In this document: one piece after another, positions 42,450 to 53,195 of the stretch | Position numbering within the stretch: the stretch's first letter is position 1 | Layout: each line of letters opens with the position of its first letter | Assembly: GCF_006345805.1 (NCBI RefSeq) | Contig: NC_043003.1 | Location: 5,208,001-5,272,000 of the forward strand | Reading direction: 5' to 3' | DNA from: Octopus sinensis | Lineage: Eukaryota | Length of the DNA: 64,000 nt | Notes under the pieces: generated by a model | What the model was told of the DNA's origin: nothing | The model's input: the letters and a program-made list of their open reading frames with translations, nothing else | Database searches by the model: none | Translations under genes and position numbers: made by a program

Positions 42450-43170
42450 TCAACATCAATAGCTGTGGGTAAAGACAGAAAATACTGATAATAGGATACT
42501 TGTGACGATGATAATGCTTCAGTAGTAGTAGTGTTAATGATGATTATGAGGGTCATAATAAAGGAGACAAAGAAGAAAGAGAAGATGAAGGAGTATGCTA
42601 AGAAGGTGAAAAAGGCGAAAAAGAAGACAAAGATGATAAAAAAACAGAACAACGGAGACGATGAAGTGAAAGAGAAAGTGGAAGAAGAAGTGGAATGAAA
42701 AAGCGGTGTTGAAGAAAGAATTAAATGTAGTTCAAGAACAAGAACGAGGATGAAGTGGAAGAAAAAAGAAAAGAAAAAGAGAAAGGGGAAAGAAGAAGGA
42801 AAAGAAAAAGAGAAAAGGAAAAGAAGAAGGAACTGGAGATGAAGAAGGAAAAAAAAAGAGGAACAGGAGAAACTGTAAAAGAAGAAAAAGGAGAATGAAA
42901 AAAAAGAAGATGATATAAAAATAACTGGAAAAATCATAAGACGAACAAGAAAAACAACACGGAACATAAGTTGGAAGAAAATAAACATGACGGTCGACAA
43001 TAAGAACGACAAGAGCAACAACAATAATAATAGCAACAACAATGAGGAAGAGAAGAGAGAGGATGGAGCAGACGGTGTGGTAGAAACAATATCTGATGAT
43101 AAAGACAAACAATATAGGAGAGGCCATTCCGAAAAAAATAACTGAAGGAAGAAAGAAAGAAAAAATATGT
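42450..43170. repeat. Purine-rich (GAA/AAG/AAC) low-complexity region
   Basis: Direct inspection; source of the poly-F/S ORFs. Confidence 0.9.
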
Positions 43171-43985
43171 ACGTCAAGTTCTTGTGACAAGATGAGTTTA
43201 TCTAACCCCGATCCCCCACTCCACTTCCCCTCATCATTTCTCGGCTGAAAGTTGTACATATTTATTTGATTAAAAGTGTCTTATTAGCAAAATATATCCC
43301 ACAGTTACCTGCCAATATAATGTTGATTCTAATATTAGAACCAGCGTACAATTCCTAAAATAAAGACGCTTTAATTCCAATAATGTGTTTTAATTAAACC
43401 AGAAATTCGTCAGAGGAATTCAACCACCACATTTCTCATATTTCCTCTTGTTATTTCTGTTTATAGTCGTTTTTTTTACTTGGTTCCCTTATTTCTTTCT
43501 ACTATTAGTGTTGGTGATATTGTTATTATTATTGTTATTGTTACTTCTTGTACTATTACAATTACTTTTATTTCTACTTTCAACTATCTTTCATAACATT
43601 ATATGAAGAGCAGCACATCTTTTTCTCCCGCTTTCTCTCTTCTACCTTTTATCGCTGCCTTTATGTTTTGCTTCAGCTCTGTAGTGGAGAAAGAAGCTTT
43701 CTCATCTCCCCTTTCAACAAGTCAATCATACTACACATGCTATTATTATTATTATTATTACTATTATTATCATTATTATTATTTCCTTCTTTCTTCAAAT
43801 TTTCTTCCTTTTCTCGCAGAGTGTTTTCCATACACCTAGGGCAGAGAAGCTCATTATATGCATTCCCATATTACACACGCAAATTCACAGGTAAAATATA
43901 TATTTGAAACATTAATGAATAAATAAATTCATGAATGGGTGTTGTTTTCACTGCGATAATGTTATTCTCAGTACACGTGCCGTTC

Positions 43986-44024
<39 letters not shown>

Positions 44025-44025
<1 letters not shown>

Positions 44026-44730
44026 CGAAAGTGTAAACTGTCCACAGCCAGCAGACTAAGAAGACATTTGTTTACTGGTCATGCTTCAAGAACCCTACGA
44101 AGAATTCTTGTAATTCCAAGCAATGCTGATTTTTATAGGTGTTCTACCTTCACACTTGCACCAATCTTTTTCAGCCATGCTGGTAGTTGAGTGCTGATAC
44201 TTCCAAGTGCACCAGTTATTATTGGTACCACATCTACTCTCCTCATTGACCACAACCTTCGTATTTCCCGCTTCAAACCGCTATAGTTGTTTTTTTTTTC
44301 TTCTTTCACATTGATCTTGTTGTCATCGGGGCATGCTATGTCGGTTATTATACATGTTCTTTCATTTTTATTCACCACAACAATGTCCAGTTTCCGATGT
44401 CTGGTCAAGTGATCACACTGGATCATTACATATCACAAGATTTTACAATTCTCACTTTCGGTGACCCCTTCTGGAGTTTGCTCATACCACGTCTTTGCTC
44501 TTTGAATGCCGTGGTTTCCACAGAACTCCCAATGGATCATTCTTGTCACTTTGTCATGGCATCGTTTGCATTCGCGTTGTGTCAAATTCGAGCATTCACT
44601 ACCAATGTACTCTACCGTTTCACCCCTCTCACCACACATTCTGCATTTGTTGCTATCAGTAGTGTTTATTCTGCACTTCATATATTTGGTCCTGAAGGTT
44701 TGATCCTGAGTTGTAACATATTGTAGAATT
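44025..44730 (-). pseudogene. R4/Dong-like LINE 3' end (CCHC knuckle, REL endonuclease, short 3' UTR) ending in (TAA)n
   Basis: KCRMCGERGETVEYIGSEC...HDKV...HW; ILWDFMIQCDHLTRHRKLDIVVV...DIACP; VVPIITGALG; L*KSALLGITRILRRVLEA*; followed by (TAA)n at 43987-44024. Confidence 0.9.
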
Positions 44731-44779
44731 GAAAACAGGCCATATTTTAGCCATTTCTCCTCAGACTGAAAAAATGACG

Positions 44780-44830
44780 AGCAAACGTAATCGATTTTCG
44801 AACCTTATTGTGTTCTCATCAGAGGCGTCC
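44780..44830 (-). ncRNA. Minimal type-I hammerhead ribozyme motif with canonical core
   Basis: CUGAUGA-GAAC-acaauaag-GUUC-GAAA-AUCGAU-UA; stem III is the palindrome AAUCGAUU; stem I (gacg/cguu) is imperfect. Confidence 0.6.
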
Positions 44831-44881
44831 ACATCATTCCGACAGTCTCCAGAGAAACAACGAGCCAAACTGTTTATATTC

Positions 44882-45156
44882 TTTTACTTGTTTCAGTCAT
44901 TTGACTGCGGCCATACTGGAGCACCACCTTTAATCGAGCAAATCGACCCCGGGACTTATTCTTTGTAAGCCCAGTACTTATTATATCGGTCTCTTTTTGC
45001 CGAACCGCTAAGTGACGGGGACATAAACACACTAGCATCGTTTGTCAAGCAATGCTAGCGGGACAAACACAGACACACACACACACATATATATATATAC
45101 ATATATACGCCGGGCTTCTTTCAGTTTCCGTCTACCAAATCGACTCACAAGGCTTG
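44882..45156 (-). mobile_element. CORE-type SINE, 5'-truncated
   Basis: Reverse complement of the 1-312 element. Confidence 0.9.
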
Positions 45157-45280
45157 GAATTGGACAAATTCTCTTTGACAACCTTGATGATAAGGTTCAA
45201 AAATCAGTTGTGGAAATTCATCATCTACTGCGTAGGTTAAGTATATTAAATGTTTTTGTTTGTTTTATATTTATGTTATA

Positions 45281-45577
45281 CTAGCATTATGACCCGGCTA
45301 ACCACAAAGGGGGAGGGGTGTTACTGTAGCTTTTTACGTTCTGAGATTTAATAATAAATTTTAGAGAGTTACTTCCCTTATATATGTCAAAAATGGATTA
45401 AAAATGGGAAAAATTGATGGTAAATTTTTTTTTAAATCGTAGACTCATCGTAGACGCGCGCTAATACCTAGACGGTCTCGATATCAATCACGGTTAAACT
45501 GCACCGCAAAATGTGGGAGTAGTTAGGAATCTAAATCGTAGGAGACAGACACACAACCTCACTTTTATATATAAAGA
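45281..45577 (-). mobile_element. Non-autonomous Helitron (family A)
   Basis: Minus strand begins A|TCTTTATATATAAAAG and ends ccgggtcataatgCTAG|T; internal sequence is shared with 47750-47983. Confidence 0.85.
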
Positions 45578-45641
45578 TTTCCTCTATTTACATAATATTG
45601 AGGTCTCTTTCTTTCTTTGTTATCGTACTGTTTTTACCCAA

Positions 45642-45694
<53 letters not shown>

Positions 45695-45764
45695 CAGAGA
45701 TGTACTTGCATAGCAAGTGACTTGATCTGAGATCGTGTGCCGGAACGAAAACAGTTGCAGCGTT

Positions 45765-46001
45765 GAAGGTGTTAATAAGCCATTTAAGAAACACATAAAA
45801 ACCGTTAGATTCACTTCAACATTTAAATTTAATTTGTCAAAATATTTTCGTCGCTTTGAGACCGCGACCTGTTAGCACGATATTTTGTCAGTGAACAGGT
45901 CGCGGTCTCAAAGCGAGGAAAATATTTTGGCAAATTAAATTTAAATGTTGAAGTGAATCTAACGGTTTTTGTGTGTTCTTAAATGGCTTACAAACACCTT
46001 C
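45765..46001. repeat. Foldback with ~110-bp arms and a 20-nt loop, containing a variant hammerhead-like motif (45884-45934, + strand)
   Basis: Arms 45765-45873 and 45894-46001 are near-perfect reverse complements. Confidence 0.92.
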
Positions 46002-46079
46002 CAGGCTGCAATATATATATACACACATATATATATATATGTAGTATGTATGTGTGTATATGTGTATGCATGTATGTGT

Positions 46080-46300
46080 GTGCGTGTCTGTGCTTGTGAT
46101 TGTCCCCACAACTGCTTGACAACGAATGTTGGTTTGTTTACATCCTGTCACTAGTAGTTTGACAAAGGAAACAGATAGAATAAGTACAATGCTTACAAAA
46201 TAAAACTGGAGTTGATTCATTAAACTACAATTCTTCAAGGCATTGCCCCAGCATGGCCACAGACCAATGGCTGGAAAAAGCAGAAGAATAAAAGAATACA
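46080..46300 (+). mobile_element. Degenerate 3' half of a CORE-type SINE
   Basis: gcttgacaac...gatagaataagtac...ccagcatggccacag. Confidence 0.7.
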
Positions 46301-46359
46301 TTCTGCTTTGGTCTTATGTTCAAGGCATGTGAGAAGCTTGAGTTTACATGAGAAGGCCT

Positions 46360-46629
46360 AACAGACCTGGTAGAAACAGCAGCCAAATCTCCCTCAAATC
46401 ACACCTTACTGTCTTATGTATGTATATATATATGAGCCAATGAGGGGGACCTCTACATGGTAGCTAGACCTGGTAGAAATAGCAGCCAAATTTCCCCCAA
46501 ATCACACCTTACTGTCTTATCTATGTATATATGTATGTATGAGCCTATGAGGGAGACCCCTACATGGCAGCTACATGGTAGAAATAGCAGCCAAATCTCC
46601 CTCAAATCACACTTACTGTCTTATGTATG

Positions 46630-46650
<21 letters not shown>
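46360..46650 (+). repeat. Three tandem ~100-107-bp units
   Basis: tggtagaaa(c/t)agcagccaaat(c/t)tccc(t/c)caaatcacac(c)ttactgtctta at ~46369, 46470 and 46577. Confidence 0.85.
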
Positions 46651-46660
<10 letters not shown>

Positions 46661-46799
46661 AGCCAACGGTTTTATTAATGTAAAGTCTTCCTCAAATCAC
46701 TCTCGCTATTACTCTCTTCCAAGAACATTTTCACTCACTCTTATCTCTTAGCTTGCCATACATTTTACTCATGTATCTATCAGCATGATAGACAGAAAC

Positions 46800-47134
46800 A
46801 AATATTACATCGCCATCGCCATCGCATTCTATTGTCTACATGTCACAACACACACACACAGTGAATTACTTTCATTTTATTCGTTGCACACTGTGTGTGT
46901 GCGTGTGCGTGTGGTGTAAACCATTAGAAAAAGCATTTGACATACACACCAGAATGTGAGTTTTCTGTAAATTTTGCTTAATTGGAGTTTAAATTTTAAA
47001 AACTGGAACTGGCATGACCCGATGCATTCTACTTTTAAAAATGCTAGGTAAATTGTAATTGAAGAAATCCTATATTGTAGATTTCTATAACTGACAAAGG
47101 GAGGCAGATAAAATCTGCCTTTTATAATAAGAGA
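46800..47134 (-). mobile_element. Helitron-like family B 5' segment
   Basis: Minus strand starts TCTCTTATTATAAAAGGCAG; homologous to 49490-49773. Confidence 0.7.
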
Positions 47135-47983
47135 CTAGCAGAATTGCCCGGCGTTGCTCGGGGCTGAATTGCTTGAAAGTACTGTTAGTGATTGCACTGA
47201 ATTATGATGATTATTCAGGCAAATATTGATATAAGTTTACGGTGGGAGATAAGGACTTAACGATAAAACGTGTGCCATTGCATTGTTTTGGGGGAACCAA
47301 ATTTCTGATGAGCACTATAGGGGCACCAACTTTAAGTTTGAGAAAGTGTGGTGGTAGTCCGGGGTGCTCAAAGGAATTGAGTACCTCTATTGTATAGTTG
47401 ATGACGTCCTCTGGGTCAGGAGTTGTATCGATAGACTGATATACATAGACTTCCCCAGGAATGAGTTTTAGCATTTCATCATTAATATGGTGAACAGTTT
47501 TATTCCTCGGGGCCAGTATAGCCTTTTTGCCAATCCAATCCATATTCTGATAATTAGCTTGTAGATCTGGGAACACTGCATCTCTGAGATCAGAAGGCGC
47601 CTTAACAATGGTACAAATGGAATCGATGGCAATATTACCAATTTCATCCCCTGGTATTTTGCCTTCGCCAAGTGCAAGGAGGGTGTGATGGAATGCTGCT
47701 GATGTGATATTACGTCGCATATGAGCACGCATATTGGTGTGAAGTTTGAGAGTTACTTCCCTTTATTTAAAAAATATGCATTAAAATGGAAAAAAAATGA
47801 TGGTAAATTATTTGTAAAGTCATAGACTCATCGTAGACGCGCGCTAATACCCAGAAGGGCTCGATATGAATCACGACTATAAGATACCCGGGGTTTTGGT
47901 TAAACTGCATTGCAAAATGTGGGAGTAGTTAGGAATCTAAATCGGAGTAGACAGACACACAACCTTTCTTTTATATATAAATA
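47135..47983 (-). mobile_element. Helitron family A deletion derivative carrying a PIF1 helicase fragment (ORF 47211-47732)
   Basis: KAILAPRNKTV...LNSFEHPGLPPHFLKLKVGAPIVLIRNL...CNGTRFIV is typical of Helitron RepHel helicases; 3' hairpin cccgagcaacgccggg followed by CTAG|T. Confidence 0.92.
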
Positions 47984-49312
47984 TTTTCGTCCTAAAAAAC
48001 TTTGTATGGATTGAATGGTTACCTCTATGGAAATATATACACGCACATTATACATACATGTGTATATAGATGAATATATAAATACATTTAAATATCTATA
48101 TACACTTTTGGGCGATCTTTCTTTTCATTAGAGATAACTTTAGATCTTATATTCGTCCTAAAAAACTTTGTATGGAGTGAAACGTTACCTCTATAGAAAT
48201 ATATACACACACATTATACATACGTCTGTGTATAGATGAGTATATAAATACATTAAATATATTATACACCTTTGGGCGATCTTTCTTTTTTTAGAGATAA
48301 CTTTAGATCTTATTTTCGTCTAAAAAACTTTGTATGGAGTGAAAGGTTACCTCTATGGAAATATATACACACACGTTATACATACATGTGTGCATAGATG
48401 AATATATAAATACATTTAAATATCTATATACACTTTTGGGCGATCTTTCTTTTTATTAGAGATAACTTTAGATCTTATATTCGTCCTAAAAAACTTTGTA
48501 TGGAGTGAAAGGTTACCTCTATGGAAATATATACACACACATTATACATACATCTGTGTATAGATGAATATATAAATACATTTAAATATCTATATACACT
48601 TTTGGGCGATCTTTTTTGTTCTTAGAGATACTTTAGATCTTATATTCGTCCTAAAAAACTTGTATGGAGTGAAACGTTACCTCTATAGAAATATATACAC
48701 ACACATTATACATACGTCTGTGTATAGATGAGTATATAAATACATTTAAATATATATATACACCTTTGGGCGATCTTCTTTTTTTAGAGATAACTTTAGA
48801 TCTTATTTTCGTCCTAAAAAACTTTGTATGGAGTGAAAGGTTACCTCTATGGAAATATATACACACACGTTATACATACATGTGTGCATAGATGAATATA
48901 TAAATACATTTAAATATCTATATACACTTTTGGGCGATCTTTCTTTTATTAGAGATAACTTTAGATCTTATTTTCGTCCTAAAAAACTTTGTATGGAGTG
49001 AAAGGTTACCACTATGGAAAATATACACACACATTATACATACATCTGTGTATAGATGAATATATAAATACATTTAAATATCTATATACACTTTTGGGCG
49101 ATCTTCTTTTTCTTAGAGATAACTTTAGATCTTATATTCGTCCTAAAAAACTTTGTATGGAGTGAAAGGTTACCGCTATGGAAATATATACACACACATT
49201 ATACATACATCTGTGTATAGATGAATATATAAATACATTTAAATATCTATATACACTTTTGGGCGATCTTTCTGCTACTTGGATATAGGTCTTATATTCG
49301 TCGTAAAAAACT
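47984..49312. repeat. ~164-bp satellite, 8 units
   Basis: cgtc(c)taaaaaac unit starts at ~47988, 48153, 48317, 48483, 48647, 48810, 48975, 49139 and 49299. Confidence 0.95.
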
Positions 49313-49773
49313 TTCCTGTCACACACTCACGCACACACACACGCACACACACGCATCATCACACACACACACACACGCACACACAAGCACACACTCACAC
49401 ACAGACGTTAGCTTACAATTTTATTTATATATTTGCGTGTCTATGTGTGTAAAGTGGAAGTGGGAATGTAGAGTGAAATAGTCACTCACTACAGAAAGTG
49501 AATTAGTTTCACTTTATTCGTTGCACACTGTGTGTGAGCGTTTGCGTGTGCTGTATCCCACACTAAGAGAAGCATTTGACTCATACACCACAATGTGAGT
49601 TTTCTCTAAATTTTGCTTAATTGGGGTTGAAATTTTAAAAAGTGGACCTGTCACGACCCGATGCATTCTACTCTTAAAAATGCTAGGTAAATTGTAATTG
49701 AAGAAATCCTATATTGTAGATTTCTATACGATACAAAGGGAGGCAGATAAAATCTGCCTTTTATAATAAGAGA
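49313..49773 (-). mobile_element. Helitron-like family B 5' segment, second copy
   Basis: Minus strand A|TCTCTTATTATAAAAGGCAGATTTTATCTGCC; runs directly into the satellite. Confidence 0.7.
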
Positions 49774-49786
49774 TATTGTATTATAT

Positions 49787-50192
49787 AGGAGTGGCTGTGT
49801 GGTAAGTAGCTTGCGTACGCAAACCACATGGTTCCGGTTTCAATCCCACTGCGTGGCACCTTGGACAAGTGTCTTCTACTATACCCTCGGGCCGAGCAAA
49901 GACATGTGTGTGGATTTGGTAGACGGAAACTGAAAGAAGCCAGTCACATATATGTATATATGTATGTGTGTGTGTATATGTTTGTGTGTCTGTCTTTGTC
50001 TCCCAACATCGCTTGACAACCAATGCTGGTGTGTTTACGTCCCCGCAACTTAGCGGTTCGGCAAAACAGACCGATATAATAAGTACTAGGCTTACAGAGA
50101 ATAAGACCTGGGGTCGATTTGCTCGACTAAAGGCGGTGCTCCAGCATGGCCACAGTCATATGACTGAAACAAATAAAAGAGAGTAAAAGAGT
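49787..50192 (+). mobile_element. Full-length CORE-type tRNA SINE (OR-like)
   Basis: Head tggctgtgtggtaag (A box), ggtttcaatcc (B box), CORE-like ggcaccttggacaagtg, internal microsatellite, 3' tail. Confidence 0.9.
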
Positions 50193-50391
50193 ATATATAT
50201 ATATATAATTAAAATAAGCAACAAGGATATCCAAGGTAGAGTAGTACAAGTGTTTCATGCTTGGATATCCTTGCTTATTTTGATTATACTCCACCTCATT
50301 TGAATTATATGGATAATACCATACAAAAAGCTGGTGCCTTTAACTTAAGTGCCATATTCATCTGAATCTAAAGTTTGCTGAACTTATATAT

Positions 50392-50437
<46 letters not shown>

Positions 50438-50780
50438 TATATATATCGTGTTTATACAGTTTGTTGTACAGCTCCTATTGTAAGAGTTAGAGCTTCATGT
50501 AGATCATCATCATCCAGTCAGCTTCCTGTAAAGTGATTAGTCGACCCCTATACTTACGGATTATTTTATGCAGACCATATATAGTGAAGAAATTAGGATA
50601 TAGATAACTATAAATTAACAGCTCCTACGCACGTTTCACCGGTGCTGTTATTTGGAACTCAGCATTGGATGTTGCAAGCGTATTTGGTTCCTAAACTGCA
50701 AAATATAATCAAGGGAACACTTTATCGCCTAATGTTTCAGATATCTAAGATATCTGCGTAGGAACTATGAATCTATAATT

Positions 50781-51012
50781 ATTTCTTTACAACCCATAAG
50801 GGGCTAAACACAGAGAGGATAAACAAGGACAGAGAAACGGATTAAGTCGATTATATCGACCACAGTGCGTAAGTGGTACTTAATTTTTCGACCCCGAAAG
50901 TATGAAAGGCAAAGTCGACCTCGGCGGAATTTGAACTCAGATCGTAGCGGCAGACGAAATACCGCTAAGTGTTTCGCCCGTCGTGCTAACAATTCAACCA
51001 GCTCGCCGCCTT
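50781..51012 (-). mobile_element. Full-length Meta-type SINE
   Basis: Reverse complement of the 39891 copy. Confidence 0.9.
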
Positions 51013-51699
51013 AAAAGTATATGAATTTATACTAGTGACTGTCTGTGTGTATATATATATATATAATATATAACATTCGTTTACATAAGGAAAAGATGTA
51101 CTGAGTGGTGTCTGCAAGAGAAAGGTAGAAATTAATGAATTGATTAGACATTACCTTTAGACAGAGAAGGCAAAGAAGCACCTAGCGGTGTTTATCTCCT
51201 CCTTCCCTTTTAGGAGGAGATAATTTATCTTGTCTACTTTGATCGGTGAGCAGAGAATTTTCATTTAAAAAAAGTGTATTGAAAAAATTTGCTATATAAC
51301 GTATACATGACAGAGTAGGTAAATATACTAAAATTATGTGTGCGTAGGTGTGTGTTCGTGTATGAATGTATGCACTCAATGTGTGGGTGTATATATATAT
51401 ATATATATATATATACGCAGATGTTTAAAAGCAAGTATTGGTTTTCGTCTAATAGTCGATAGAAAATGATTTAAAAGTTTCCTCAATGCGACAAATATTT
51501 TCGGAATCTTATCTCTACACATGCAACAAGATGTATGTTACATATATGTATGTATGTATATATGAACGTAAATACGTGTCTGTAAATGTGTGTGTGTGTA
51601 TGTGTGTGTTTATGTGTGTGTGTATGTGTGTGTTTATGTGTATGTGTATTTAAATGTTCGTGCTTAAGTTGCTATGCGATGCAGTTCTTTCTCGTTCTC

Positions 51700-51743
51700 C
51701 CTTTATCCATCTATCTATATATATATAAATATATATACATACC

Positions 51744-51782
<39 letters not shown>

Positions 51783-51798
51783 TACATATATATACCTA

Positions 51799-51834
<36 letters not shown>

Positions 51835-51988
51835 CATACCTATATATATATATATATATATATACATACATACCTATATATATATATACATACATACCTA
51901 TATATATATATACATACATACATACCTATATATATATATATACATACATACATATATATATATATACATACCTATATATATACATACC

Positions 51989-52066
<78 letters not shown>

Positions 52067-52155
52067 CCTATATATACATACCTATATATACATACCTATA
52101 TATACATACCTATATATACATACCTATATATATATAATATATATATTATATATAT

Positions 52156-52192
<37 letters not shown>

Positions 52193-52445
52193 GCGTGCAT
52201 GTATGTGCATATATAGATGAGAAAGAGAGAAAGAAATGGGTGCAAATTCGTGAATATTTACGAATGATTTATAAATGTAAGTTCGTATATATGTGTATGT
52301 GGGCATATGTATATACGCATGTATGTATGTATATACGCATGTATGTATCTATATACGCATGTATGTATGTATGTAGGTATATGTATATACGCATGTATGT
52401 ATGTATGTATGTATGTATGTATGTACGTATGTATGTATGTGCATA
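51700..52445. repeat. Compound (TA)/(TACA)/(TATG) microsatellite block
   Basis: Direct inspection. Confidence 0.95.
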
Positions 52446-53134
52446 TCTTAACATCCACATACTCACAAGAATGCACATTACCTCATAGAGTGCAATTTTT
52501 CCTACCGCCAATATCGATCGTTCCATGTTGCAGAAATCAAAGGATTCTACGCTCTTTATGGATGGCATTATGGGTAACGCTTTTGAGAAGATCAATGTGG
52601 GCTGAGCATGCTGTAGGCCTAGGTCACCTTTGTAAGTTGTTCTCAGCTTAAGAACGTTGCTAATAAAGCCTTATTTGACTTAGGGCGGAGCGTGTAGTCT
52701 TTATCGGAGTTCACTCTTTGATCCTCTCTGACGTAGACAAGTCCTTAATAGATTGGTGATACGTGACAGAAGTTTCTGTTATAGAATTTAGCTAACGGGA
52801 TATATGTTTGAACATCAGGCCTGCTGTTTTTGTCATAAAAAGAAATGTTAGCTTCTATTTCTTCGATCAAAACTTTCCGCTGTTGGAACTTCTTCCAAAT
52901 CAGAAAGACTTAAATATTCCTCCGCCTGACGCCAACCACACTCACACTTTATTAGCGGTCGAGCTGTCTTTCACTCTATCACTCTTTTCATTCACCGTAT
53001 CTGTGTGCTCGTCTCTATATATTCTTCATACAGACATCTATTTATATATCTGTGTATGTATGTATGTATGTGTGTATATATATACATATATGTGTGTGTG
53101 TGTCTGTGAATCTGTGTGGTGTGTGTATGTATGC

Positions 53135-53195
<61 letters not shown>

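Noticed and set aside
42431-43259. 248-aa and 175-aa hydrophobic ORFs as membrane proteins
   Set aside because: Reverse translation of a GAA-rich low-complexity tract
47984-49312. Regularly spaced repeats as a CRISPR array
   Set aside because: Units are contiguous and near-identical with no unique spacers; eukaryotic context, no cas genes
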